This document shows, in pieces, positions 17,638 to 26,520 of a DNA stretch of 64,000 bases (positions within the stretch are counted from its first letter, which is position 1; each line of letters starts with the position of its first letter). The notes below the pieces were generated by a model, which was not told the DNA's origin, searched no databases, and was given only the letters and a program-made list of their open reading frames with translations. A program made the translations under genes and the position numbers. The DNA comes from Dehalococcoidia bacterium (GTDB taxonomy: Bacteria > Chloroflexota > Dehalococcoidia > Lucifugimonadales > UBA3495): NCBI GenBank assembly GCA_965243185.1, contig OZ251531.1, forward strand, positions 151,789 to 215,788. Direction: 5' to 3'.

Positions 17638-19338
17638 TTATATACCAACTAAACGCCGGTTGTTTTCCTTTGCCGGCAATGGCCCCATAGGCTCGCAACG
17701 CAGCTCGAACATTTCCCCCAACCGCCGGATTTCCGGGTCGTCCCAAGCCCATACCTTGCCGGCTTGCCCTTGGGCAATCAGATCCTTGACTTGGGCGATA
17801 ATCCGGGCACGGTTAGCGGCGCTGACCCACCAAGGGTAGGGCATTCGCTCCAAGTCTTTGCTCTGGATGTTCTGGGTGTGGTTGATAACCGTTTTCAGGA
17901 TGCGGTTAGCCAAGGGCGACAAGAGCCAGCCCAGGGTGAAAAAAAGCTCCTCCCGGTCAATGCCTTCCCGCAGGAAAGCGCAGGGCGCGCCACTGTCCAG
18001 GGCGTAGCCCTCCGGGATGTAGCGGGCAATGAACCGGGATGCGACCAGATGCCAGGTCAGCCCCTCTTTGCCAAAATAAGGTTGCCCGCCAACGCCGCGC
18101 AGGTACCAGTTCCCGGTTTTCTTGTAAGTAAGCACCGCATCGCCGTCATTTTCCCAAAATATGTAATGGGTGGGCGGCGAGAATACCAAGCGGCTGTTCC
18201 CGATATTGTAAGGACGATAGCGATCATCAGGCAGCGGTATGACCAGGGGATTTTCCCGGGTCAATACCTTGACCCGCCGCTCGGTAGCGCCGCGGGCTTC
18301 GGCGTCTTTCAGCATAGCACGGCGTTTCGGCGACAGCTTGCCCAGCCGGGCCCGTTCCAGTTCGTAATCCAACGTAACCGGGGCGTCATAGAACTCGAAA
18401 CGGTAGGGTTCGACGATCCTCTGCTGCTCATCGACGCGGCGGACAAAGAGCCGGTTTTTGCCGGTGGTCATACCGCTCGACGCGACAAAGTAATCGCCCA
18501 GCAGGGGGCCGGAGAAAAACTTTGCCAATTCCTCGGTAATTCCCCAAGACAAGTGGGGCGTGGATTTGATGGTTTGCTTGGCCAAGGGGCGGGAGTTGTG
18601 TACCACGACGCCCCGGTTGACGCCCTTTTGGAAGTTCAGGGTCAGCGTGGGGTAATCGGTTTCCGCCGAGAACTGCTGAATATCGGTCAGGGTTACTGCG
18701 CCCTGCTCCATAATCAGCTGCCGCAAGCCGGCCATGGTCGGTATCGTCAGCAGGGTATTGCTGCATACGAATACCAGCCGCCCGCCGGGACGGAGCAAAT
18801 CCAGGGCGGCCACGATAAAAAAGGCGTAGGTTTCCTTCTTGATTTTCCGCCCCAGCCGCTTGCCCAGGATACGATCGAGGGTGTCCTCAATAGCCGGGTC
18901 AAAAGTGCCGCCGAAAGGGGGGTTGCCGATTATCAGGTCGAAACTTTCGGCTTGCAGACCGCCCGGGGCGGCGGCGGACATACCGTTGACGATGCCGGAC
19001 AGATACTCCCGGAAAAAATCGGCTTGGCGGATTTCTCCGCGCCAGGCGTCCGGGAACTGCCGGGATTTTCCGGCCAGGATACGGCTAGACCTTGCCGCCA
19101 GTTCCGGGTCAATTTCAATGCCCAGCAGCTCGACGCCCCGGCTGCTTTGGGCTGTCTCCGACGCGGTAAGACGGTCGGCAATAGCGGAAAGAAAGGCTCC
19201 GTCGCCGCAGGAAGGCTCCAGAATCCGCCGGCAACCCTCCAGGGGAACGCCGGCCGCTATATCCCGCGCCAACCACTGCGGGGTCATATACTGCCCGGTC
19301 TGGCGCTTCATCGCCCGGTGGCGTTTGCTTTGGCTCAT
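17638..19338 (-). CDS. N6-adenine DNA methyltransferase, gamma-class (TaqI/Eco57I-like) with C-terminal target-recognition region
   Basis: Motif I ILEPSCGDGAFL and motif IV IIGNPPFGG seen. The ATG overlaps the stop of the upstream ORF (ATGA). Confidence 0.85.
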   Translation of the reverse strand: MSQSKRHRAMKRQTGQYMTPQWLARDIAAGVPLEGCRRILEPSCGDGAFLSAIADRLTASETAQSSRGVELLGIEIDPELAARSSRILAGKSRQFPDAWRGEIRQADFFREYLSGIVNGMSAAAPGGLQAESFDLIIGNPPFGGTFDPAIEDTLDRILGKRLGRKIKKETYAFFIVAALDLLRPGGRLVFVCSNTLLTIPTMAGLRQLIMEQGAVTLTDIQQFSAETDYPTLTLNFQKGVNRGVVVHNSRPLAKQTIKSTPHLSWGITEELAKFFSGPLLGDYFVASSGMTTGKNRLFVRRVDEQQRIVEPYRFEFYDAPVTLDYELERARLGKLSPKRRAMLKDAEARGATERRVKVLTRENPLVIPLPDDRYRPYNIGNSRLVFSPPTHYIFWENDGDAVLTYKKTGNWYLRGVGGQPYFGKEGLTWHLVASRFIARYIPEGYALDSGAPCAFLREGIDREELFFTLGWLLSPLANRILKTVINHTQNIQSKDLERMPYPWWVSAANRARIIAQVKDLIAQGQAGKVWAWDDPEIRRLGEMFELRCEPMGPLPAKENNRRLVGI

Positions 19339-20036
19339 GGCACGAATCGCATACTGGACTGGTTCACCGCAAAGTCGGTGAGCAAGAATGCGGTGAGCTG
19401 TTGCTTTTGGTGATGGAGCCGCTCTAATCGGTTGTTAATCAGAACTTGAACCTGTTCCTCGAACAACTCGAAAAGAGCGGTGGCTTTCTCCTGAATCGAC
19501 CGGGCCGGGGGCTGATGGCCGGCGTCAAAAGCGTCATAGAATTCCTGCTCCCGGAGCATTATCTGCCCCGGGCCGGCATCGTAGGCAATGAACTCCAGCC
19601 AGTCCAGCAAATCGAAAAGATAAGCCTTGTGGCTAATCTCCTCAGCTATGCTGAATTTGACCATCAGCAGGTAGTAGGAATCAATCCACTGCTGAAACAG
19701 GTAGTTAAGCAGCTTCCGCATGGCAACTACATTGGGTTGACCTTTCTGACCTTGCAGCCCGGATTTAACATTGACCGGGTTGAAAATGCCCCGGGACTGA
19801 ACCCAAATGTCGCCCATCGAGCGTTTCAGCACCCCGCCTTTGCGGTCGCCCTCGTAGCAGGTATCCAAGTGAACCTTGAGCAACGAGCAGGTTCGGTCGT
19901 CGACGAAGTCGGCAATGTGATGGCCGGGTTCTTTGCCGTCGATTAGCTCGACAAAGCCGCGGTCCCGGACATGGCTTGCCCAGTGTTCGTTGACCAAGCC
20001 CAGTATCTGATTTTGGAGCGTAACCTCAAGAGCCAT
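19335..20036 (-). CDS. Putative type II restriction endonuclease (partner of the methyltransferase)
   Basis: 233-aa ORF translationally coupled to the MTase. Possible PD-(D/E)XK-like GDIWV...NPVNVK. GC looks lower than the surroundings. No family recognised. Confidence 0.5.
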   Translation of the reverse strand: MALEVTLQNQILGLVNEHWASHVRDRGFVELIDGKEPGHHIADFVDDRTCSLLKVHLDTCYEGDRKGGVLKRSMGDIWVQSRGIFNPVNVKSGLQGQKGQPNVVAMRKLLNYLFQQWIDSYYLLMVKFSIAEEISHKAYLFDLLDWLEFIAYDAGPGQIMLREQEFYDAFDAGHQPPARSIQEKATALFELFEEQVQVLINNRLERLHHQKQQLTAFLLTDFAVNQSSMRFVP

Positions 20037-20137
20037 AAGCCCCGTGCCATTGCCGGATTTCCCGGGAGAATATACCGCAGGTCGGCTTTATCCGCAACCG
20101 CCGGGCGTCACCGAATGGGGGGTGTGGGCACATCTCC

Positions 20138-20599
20138 CTACGCCCCGCCCCAGGGCCGGCCGGTCAGGCGTTCCCAACGCCGCTTTTGCCGGTTGCTTTC
20201 CGGGATGAAACCGACGGTTGGCGGCGGGTTGACGAAAAAGGATTCCAATTCCTGCCGTAGCCGTTTGGAGCGGTCGATGTTCCGCAAAACTTCCCCTTCG
20301 GTCAGCCGATCCTCGTAGAAGTTGCGGTGCAGTTCGGCGGCAAAGACCAAGTAATCCTTCAAGTCCTCCCGCCCGTACTCGTCGGCCAGCTGCTTCAACG
20401 CCTCGTCGGTCAGGTCGTGGTGGTTATGCAACCAGCCACGCTGCTCGGCAAGGGCTTTAATGACGGTGGCTACGGCACCCCAAGCCTTTTCCCCGGCTTG
20501 CGGGTAGTCCTCTTGGTCGATTTCCGAATCTACCTGCCCGACATACTGGCGGCTCAGTTTCAAGTAGTCGTCGCTGGGCGTGGGCGTAGTCATTTCCAA
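20138..20599 (-). CDS. Helical PaREP1/HEPN-like protein (tentative)
   Basis: Pattern EKAWGAVATVIKALAEQRGWLHNHH recalls the PaREP1 family from memory. No partner gene is evident. Confidence 0.45.
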   Translation of the reverse strand: MEMTTPTPSDDYLKLSRQYVGQVDSEIDQEDYPQAGEKAWGAVATVIKALAEQRGWLHNHHDLTDEALKQLADEYGREDLKDYLVFAAELHRNFYEDRLTEGEVLRNIDRSKRLRQELESFFVNPPPTVGFIPESNRQKRRWERLTGRPWGGA

Positions 20600-20671
20600 A
20601 TCCTTTCTTGTTGTGGGGATTCAAGCTTATTATAGCGTGGAAAGGGGCTGCCTCGGGAAAGCCGGGCGGCC

Positions 20672-21919
20672 CTACCCTCCCCCAATCAACACCGCTTCCC
20701 GCTGCACCGGGCTGGTGGCATCGGGGCCGCTGGCCGACATATAGGCGTCAATTTCCGAGCGGACGCCAAAGTCCGGTAGGTAGATGCCCGGTTCAATGGA
20801 AAAGCCGACGCCGGGGATGATGCGGCGGGTGTCATAAGTCTCAAAGCCGTCCAGATTCACCGCCTCGCCGTGAACTTCGCAGCTGATGCTGTGGCCCAAG
20901 CGGTGGGTAAAATAGTCGCCGTAGCCGCGTTCCCCGATGTAGTTGCGGGCCGCCGCATCCGCCTGCCAGCCCTGCACCGCAACGCCGGCTTGATAGCAGT
21001 CTTTCAGGTATTGCAGGGCAGCGTCCCGCGCCCCGGTAACGATGTCAAAAATTTCCTGCTGCCGCGGCGGGACGCTATTGCCCACATACGCCGTCCAAGT
21101 AATATCGGCATAGACGCTGTCGCCGCCGCTTTCCTTGGCCCACAGGTCAATCAATACCCAATCGCCGGGTTGGATGACGCTGCTGCCCGTCGGCTCCGGT
21201 TCATAGTGCGGGTCGGAGCAGTGGGCATTGACCGACACAATGGGCCCGTCCGCCGTTTCCAAACCCTCCTCCCGAAAGCGGCGGCGGATGAACTCGGCGA
21301 TTTCGTATTCGGTAGGGCTATCTTGCAACCGCGCCCCGATGCGGTGGAAAGCCTGGTTGACAATCTGCCCCAACTTGGCGGCAGCCCGCTGGTGGCTGGC
21401 CAGCTGCTGCGGTGTCCAACGCTGAGTAGCATACTGCATCAAATCCGCCGAGGAGACTACCGCCGGCCCCAAGCTGCGTACCAGTTCCACCGTGCCGGCA
21501 TCCACCCGGGAAACCCGGGGCAAAGCGTTCTGCGGCGAGTATTCCATTGCCACTTGCGGCGCGGCGGCCAGCAGCGGCGTCAGCTGCTCCAGCAGGTTTT
21601 GGCGGCTGCTATAGACCAGCAACTCGAGACCGGGCGCGGCCTCCCCGGCACCAATAGCGGCGTCCCCGGCCGCGGCGGCCGATTGGGCTACGGCGGCGAA
21701 CTTGCCGGCGTCCACATAATGGGTCAGCAGCCGGGCCGGGCCGGCTTGCGGGATGTAGAGAAAGCAGGGGCGGGTTACATGGCCGGAGGGCGTAATCACC
21801 TGCCCAAAGATGGGGTTGGACTGGCGGTAGTCATAAATCAACCAGCCGGGCAACCCTTCCTGAGCCATAAACTCCCGGGCCGACCGGACAATGGATTGAA
21901 AACTGTGCGCTTGGGGCAT
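20672..21919 (-). CDS. M24-family metallopeptidase (Xaa-Pro aminopeptidase/dipeptidase-like)
   Basis: C-terminal pita-bread motifs (DITWT, HRLGHSIS.EVHG, GFSIEPGIY). Start set at the ATG at 21919. Confidence 0.85.
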   Translation of the reverse strand: MPQAHSFQSIVRSAREFMAQEGLPGWLIYDYRQSNPIFGQVITPSGHVTRPCFLYIPQAGPARLLTHYVDAGKFAAVAQSAAAAGDAAIGAGEAAPGLELLVYSSRQNLLEQLTPLLAAAPQVAMEYSPQNALPRVSRVDAGTVELVRSLGPAVVSSADLMQYATQRWTPQQLASHQRAAAKLGQIVNQAFHRIGARLQDSPTEYEIAEFIRRRFREEGLETADGPIVSVNAHCSDPHYEPEPTGSSVIQPGDWVLIDLWAKESGGDSVYADITWTAYVGNSVPPRQQEIFDIVTGARDAALQYLKDCYQAGVAVQGWQADAAARNYIGERGYGDYFTHRLGHSISCEVHGEAVNLDGFETYDTRRIIPGVGFSIEPGIYLPDFGVRSEIDAYMSASGPDATSPVQREAVLIGGG

Positions 21920-21947
21920 AAGTTTCTCCCGTAACTTCTGTACCGTG

Positions 21948-22625
21948 CTACTCCCGAAACCGAAACTCCCGCACATCCTCGGGAATAATCAGTTGGGCGG
22001 CGGTCAATTCCTGAATTTCCGCGGGTGTCCAGCCCGGGGCGTATTCCCGCAGCGCAAAGCCTTGGGGCGTTACCGCAAACAAGCCTAAGTCAGTAGCGAC
22101 CAGCGTAACCGCGCTGGGAGCGGTAATGGGCAGGGCGCAGCGTTTCAGCAGTCGGGGCTGGCTGTCCCGGGTGCAATGCTCCATCGCGATAAAGACCCGC
22201 TGAGCGCAGGCGGCCAAATCCATTGCGCCGCCGATGCCGCCGCCCTTGCGGGTGGGGATGCGCCAGTTGGCAAAGTCGCCGTTTTCCGCCACCTCGTAAG
22301 CGCCCATCACGGTGACATCCACCATCCCCTTGCGAATCAGGGCAAAGGAGTCGGCGTGGTGGACAATCGCCATCCCGGGCATAGCGGTAACATTCTGACC
22401 GCCGGCATTGACCAGGTGTTTGTCCTCTTGCCCAACCGGAGCCAGCGGCCCGTAGCCGATGACGCCGTTTTCCGAATGAAAGACGAGGTTTTTGGCGGGG
22501 TCAACATAGTTGGAGCAGAGGGTAGGCATCCCTACGCCCAAGTTGACAATCCACTCATCCTGGAACTCCATAGCCAAGCGGTCGCACATAGCCTGGCGTT
22601 GCAGACGGGGCTTATCGGTTGCCAT
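21948..22625 (-). CDS. 3-oxoacid CoA-transferase subunit B
   Basis: Pattern VNLGVGMPT...SENGV.G..P typical of the B subunit. AAGGAGG Shine-Dalgarno upstream of the ATG at 22625. Confidence 0.9.
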   Translation of the reverse strand: MATDKPRLQRQAMCDRLAMEFQDEWIVNLGVGMPTLCSNYVDPAKNLVFHSENGVIGYGPLAPVGQEDKHLVNAGGQNVTAMPGMAIVHHADSFALIRKGMVDVTVMGAYEVAENGDFANWRIPTRKGGGIGGAMDLAACAQRVFIAMEHCTRDSQPRLLKRCALPITAPSAVTLVATDLGLFAVTPQGFALREYAPGWTPAEIQELTAAQLIIPEDVREFRFRE

Positions 22626-22662
22626 GGGTTTCCTCCTTGCCGGGGCGGGATAGAGGCGCGGC

Positions 22663-22827
22663 CTAATAGTAGTGAGGCTTGGGTTCATCCTTGACGATAG
22701 CCGGGGCTTCCGCGGCGACGGATGGCTTGGTTTCATCCGGCTTTTTTGCAATCGGATAGGGGACATCCTTGATGACAATGGTCATCGGAGGCGGGGTGCT
22801 GCCGCGGCGGGGCTTAACTTTAGGCAT
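22663..22827 (-). CDS. Small Pro/Lys-rich peptide, paralog 1 (54 aa)
   Basis: Hand-translated: MPKVKPRRGSTPPPMTIVIKDVPYPIAKKPDETKPSVAAEAPAIVKDEPKPHYY. GGAG upstream. Below the ORF-track size cutoff. Confidence 0.5.
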   Translation of the reverse strand: MPKVKPRRGSTPPPMTIVIKDVPYPIAKKPDETKPSVAAEAPAIVKDEPKPHYY

Positions 22828-22845
22828 GACGCTACTCCAAGCGGC

Positions 22846-22995
22846 CTAATAGTAATGCGGCTTCGGTTCATCCTTGACCGGAGTCGGGGCCGGCTTGGCT
22901 TTAGCGTCCGGAGCAACTACCAGCGGAACCTCCTTGATGACGATGGGCGGCGGCAACGGTGGGGTGCTGCCGCGGAAGGGCTTAACTTTGGGCAT
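22846..22995 (-). CDS. Small Pro/Lys-rich peptide, paralog 2 (49 aa)
   Basis: Internal ATG of the track ORF 22846..23085, preceded by GGAGGAA: MPKVKPFRGSTPPLPPPIVIKEVPLVVAPDAKAKPAPTPVKDEPKPHYY. Shares its N- and C-termini and 3-prime flank with paralog 1. Confidence 0.5.
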   Translation of the reverse strand: MPKVKPFRGSTPPLPPPIVIKEVPLVVAPDAKAKPAPTPVKDEPKPHYY

Positions 22996-23476
22996 GGTAT
23001 TCCTCCAATAAGAAGTGAATACGCCGTTCAGTAGGGCTGTGGCTGGCGTTTTTCCTAGGCGGACAGTGTACCACAATTTGGGCAAAGGCCGGCTGGGATT
23101 TTTCTTGGGTCGGTAGCCAAACCTCTGCGTTAGTTACATACTCCTGTTGGGGTTCCAAGTAAAAATCCGGCAACAGGGCGGAGGATTCCGGAGATGCGTA
23201 CAGTCCCACCGTATCTAGAGTGCCGGGAACCAACAACCCCACTTTCCAGGCCACTGCTTCGATTTTGACCAGAACTTGGGAAGTGTTTTTCAACTTGGCA
23301 GTCAAAACCAGCAGCGTCCACGACCGGTCGGCCCAGATATGCTCCTGACTCAATTCAATAGACAGGCTGGGAAAGGACTCCCGGAACAGCGTCGACCGCC
23401 GCCAGCCCAGAACAGCGGTAATCGCCGCAACCAGGGCCAGCAAGGCCAGAGAAAGGCCGGAAAGCCACGCCGCCAA
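22982..23476 (-). CDS. Membrane-anchored hypothetical protein
   Basis: 164-aa ORF with N-terminal TM helix LSGLSLALLALVAAITAVLGW. Its 3-prime end overlaps the start of peptide paralog 2 by 14 nt. Confidence 0.5.
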   Translation of the reverse strand: MAAWLSGLSLALLALVAAITAVLGWRRSTLFRESFPSLSIELSQEHIWADRSWTLLVLTAKLKNTSQVLVKIEAVAWKVGLLVPGTLDTVGLYASPESSALLPDFYLEPQQEYVTNAEVWLPTQEKSQPAFAQIVVHCPPRKNASHSPTERRIHFLLEEYHAQS

Positions 23477-23502
23477 TCGTCAGCCCCCTGAACTACCCGG
23501 CC

Positions 23503-24201
23503 CTAATCAAAAATCCCGTCCGGCGGTATCTGCACCAGCCGATCCACATAGACGCCGGGGACATGGATTTTGTCCGGGTCGAGTCCCCCCGCCGGCACTA
23601 TGGCATCCTCGACCTCCACCACGGTAATGCCGGCGGCCATCGCCATAATCGGGTTAAAGTTGCGGGCGGCCATCCGGAATTGCAGGTTGCCGAAAGTATC
23701 GGCCCGCCAAGCCCGCACCAAGGCATAGTCGGCGTGGAGCGGATACTCCAGCACATAAGTACGGCCGTTGATTTCCCGGTGTTCCTTGCCCTCAGCCAGC
23801 TCGGTGCCGACGCTGGCCGGCGTATAGAAAGCGCCAATGCCCGACCCGGCAGCCCGGATGCGCTCGGCCATAGTCCCCTGCGGCACCAGTTCGGCGTCGA
23901 TTTCGTCGTTGTTATACATCCGCACGAAGGGGGTAATCTGAGACGGATGCGTGGGCGCGGTAAAGGCGGCGTACATTTTCTTGACTTGGCCGGCCGCAAT
24001 CAGCATACCCACATCCACCTTGTTGTCCGGAGTGCCGGTGTTGTTGGAAATGCCGGTCAGTTCCTTGGCGCCCTGGCGGTGCAGGGCCGCCAGCAGATTG
24101 CGGGGAATGCCGACACCGCCGAAGCCGGGCGACATAAATACGGCACCGTCGGGAACATCAGCCACCGCCGCGTCAAAATCGGGATAAATTTTGTTTTTCA
24201 T
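23503..24201 (-). CDS. 3-oxoacid CoA-transferase subunit A
   Basis: Pattern GFGGVGIPRNL...ISNN typical of the A subunit. Start set at the ATG at 24201. Confidence 0.9.
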   Translation of the reverse strand: MKNKIYPDFDAAVADVPDGAVFMSPGFGGVGIPRNLLAALHRQGAKELTGISNNTGTPDNKVDVGMLIAAGQVKKMYAAFTAPTHPSQITPFVRMYNNDEIDAELVPQGTMAERIRAAGSGIGAFYTPASVGTELAEGKEHREINGRTYVLEYPLHADYALVRAWRADTFGNLQFRMAARNFNPIMAMAAGITVVEVEDAIVPAGGLDPDKIHVPGVYVDRLVQIPPDGIFD

Positions 24202-24319
24202 CAGTAGTAGTTCCTCCGGAGCCAGCAGTCTGCCCCGAATAATACCATAGAACGGAGCGGTTGGGCTAACCAAGTAGCAGGAATTGCAGCAGTAAATCGG
24301 TTTGCGCCATAACTTTTAT

Positions 24320-24338
24320 GGTTGAAACAGTTTCAACC
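24320..24338. promoter_or_regulatory. Perfect 19-bp palindrome (candidate operator) in a divergent intergenic region
   Basis: GGTTGAAAC-A-GTTTCAACC read directly, between the CoA-transferase operon and the MFS gene. Confidence 0.45.
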
Positions 24339-24397
24339 CGACACTACCTTTCGGCCGGAGCGGGAATGGACGCCGGGCAAGGCTAAAGTTTGCCGGC

Positions 24398-25750
24398 TTG
24401 TGCTACACTGGGCTTAACCTTTGCCGGAGCGGGAGCGCGCCCTTGACGAGCCGAATTTCAGATGCGCCGCGGCGGGTGCGCGGGGTTTTCTATGGCTGGT
24501 GGCTGGTCGCCCTCAGCGGCTTTACGATGACCATTGCCACGGTGCCATTGTACCACGCTATGGCGGTGTGGTCGGTGGCATTGGAAAGCCAATTCGGTTG
24601 GAGTCGGGGGCAGTTGGGGCTGGCTTTGACTTTTACCCGGATTGAGGGCGGGCTGATGGGGCCGGTGGAGGGCTACCTGACGGACCGCTTGGGCGCGCGG
24701 CGGATGATATTGGCCGGGCTGCTCATCCTGGGCGTGGGCTTTCTATTGTTCGCCGGCGTCCAGAACCTCTGGATGTTTTACCTGGCTTTTATCGTGATGG
24801 CTTTAGGCCAGGGATTGGGCAGTTGGCTGCCGTTGATGACTACCATCAACAACTGGTTTTCCCGTCGCCGGGCTATGGCGATGGGTTGGGCTAATGTGGG
24901 CAGTCGTATCGGGGCGCTACTGCTGGTGCCGGCTATCGCCTGGGCTATTGACCCGGAGCAGCAGCGATTGGGCTGGCAGTGGACGGCTCTGCTGTTGGGC
25001 GTCTTTACGCTGCTAATCGCCTTTCCCTTGACGCGGCTAATCCGCAATCGGCCGCAGGATTACGGGCAACTGCCGGATGGGGCGACGCCGGCGGCCGTTG
25101 GCGCATTGCCGGCGGCCGGGGCGACAGCCGGCAATGCCCGTCGGCGGATGTCGAACCCGGAGAGCGGCGACTTGACCGCGGCCCAAGCCCTGCGGACGCC
25201 GGCTTTCTGGCTTATATCTTTCGGACACGGCTTTACCTCGATGGTGATACTGGCGATTATGACGCACCTGGGGCTGCTGTTGAAGGACGCCGGGTTTGAT
25301 GTGCAGACTACCGGGTGGATTGTAACCGTTTACACGGCAACGGCGATGGTGTTTCAGTTGGTGGGGGGCTATATCGGCGACCGCTGGCCGAAAAATTTGG
25401 CGTTGTTCGTCTTTTCCAGCATACAGGCGGCGGCTATAGTGATGCTGACCTTGGCGGCGAGTCTGTTGAGCTTTTACCTGTTTGCCCTGCTGTTCGGCAT
25501 CGGCTTTGGGGGGCGCAATCCGCTGACTACCGCAATACGGGGGGAATACTTTGGCCGGGCATCTTTCGGGCGGATATTGGGATTGTCCACGGTGCCGATG
25601 AATGTATTGCTGCTGATTGGGTCGCCATTGGCTGGCTATATGCGGGATGTGCAGGGTACTTACGACATGGCTTTTCTGCTGCTGGCGGGGCTGAATTTTC
25701 TGGGCGGGGTATTGTTTTTGCTGGCGCGGCGGCCGCAGTTACCGGCTTGA
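24398..25750 (+). CDS. MFS transporter (oxalate/formate antiporter-like)
   Basis: About 12 hydrophobic segments. The N-terminus FYGWWLVALSG is similar to the second MFS at 44686. Exact start is uncertain. Confidence 0.8.
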   Translation: MCYTGLNLCRSGSAPLTSRISDAPRRVRGVFYGWWLVALSGFTMTIATVPLYHAMAVWSVALESQFGWSRGQLGLALTFTRIEGGLMGPVEGYLTDRLGARRMILAGLLILGVGFLLFAGVQNLWMFYLAFIVMALGQGLGSWLPLMTTINNWFSRRRAMAMGWANVGSRIGALLLVPAIAWAIDPEQQRLGWQWTALLLGVFTLLIAFPLTRLIRNRPQDYGQLPDGATPAAVGALPAAGATAGNARRRMSNPESGDLTAAQALRTPAFWLISFGHGFTSMVILAIMTHLGLLLKDAGFDVQTTGWIVTVYTATAMVFQLVGGYIGDRWPKNLALFVFSSIQAAAIVMLTLAASLLSFYLFALLFGIGFGGRNPLTTAIRGEYFGRASFGRILGLSTVPMNVLLLIGSPLAGYMRDVQGTYDMAFLLLAGLNFLGGVLFLLARRPQLPA

Positions 25751-25853
25751 CCATTCTCCGCCCAACCTTGCCGCTATCCGCTCTCCACAAAACACTGAGG
25801 AGCCGGCTTGCACTGCCGGCTCCCGGGTTCAGCAACGGACGCCGCGGGCCGCC

Positions 25854-26381
25854 CTAGCCGGCGTCTTGCTCCGTAATTTCTACCGTGCTGATAGTCACCG
25901 CCTCCACCGGCCGGTCGCTGCGGTCCCGCGGCGTCTTGGCAATAGCTTCGACCACTTCTTGCCCGTCAGTTACCCGGCCAAAGATGGTATGCCGGTTGTT
26001 CAGATGCGGCGTAGCGGCTACGGTGATGAAAAACTGGCTGCCGTTGGTGCCGGGCCCGGCATTAGCCATGGCCAGCAGCCCCGGCCCGCTGAAAGTCAAC
26101 GCCGGGTCAAACTCATCTTGAAACTGGTAGCCCGGCCCGCCCCGACCGCTGCCGGTCGGGTCGCCGCCCTGAATCATAAAGTCGGGAATGACCCGGTGAA
26201 AAACTACCCCGTCATAGAACCCTTCCCGGGCCAGAAAGACGAAGTTGTTGACGGTGCGCGGCGCATTGGCCGCGAACAAGTCAAGGGCAATGTCGCCGTG
26301 ATTGGTGTGGATGGTCGCCGCGTACTGCTTGGTCGGCTCCAGAATCAAGCCCGGCGGCTTATCATACTGCTTTGGGGGCAT
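25854..26381 (-). CDS. Peptidyl-prolyl cis-trans isomerase (cyclophilin type)
   Basis: [15 protein letters not shown] and [12 protein letters not shown] seen. Start set at the ATG at 26381 with an AGGAGG Shine-Dalgarno. Confidence 0.9.
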   Translation of the reverse strand: MPPKQYDKPPGLILEPTKQYAATIHTNHGDIALDLFAANAPRTVNNFVFLAREGFYDGVVFHRVIPDFMIQGGDPTGSGRGGPGYQFQDEFDPALTFSGPGLLAMANAGPGTNGSQFFITVAATPHLNNRHTIFGRVTDGQEVVEAIAKTPRDRSDRPVEAVTISTVEITEQDAG

Positions 26382-26520
26382 AGCTCCTCCTGATCGCGGT
26401 TTGGGACAACGGCCATCAGTGTAACACAAAAAAGCCCGCGCCATTGCCCCATCGGTTATAATACCCCGGCCATAGAAAACGGCAAACCCCCGAAACCCTG
26501 CTTTGCGGAGGGGACTGACG

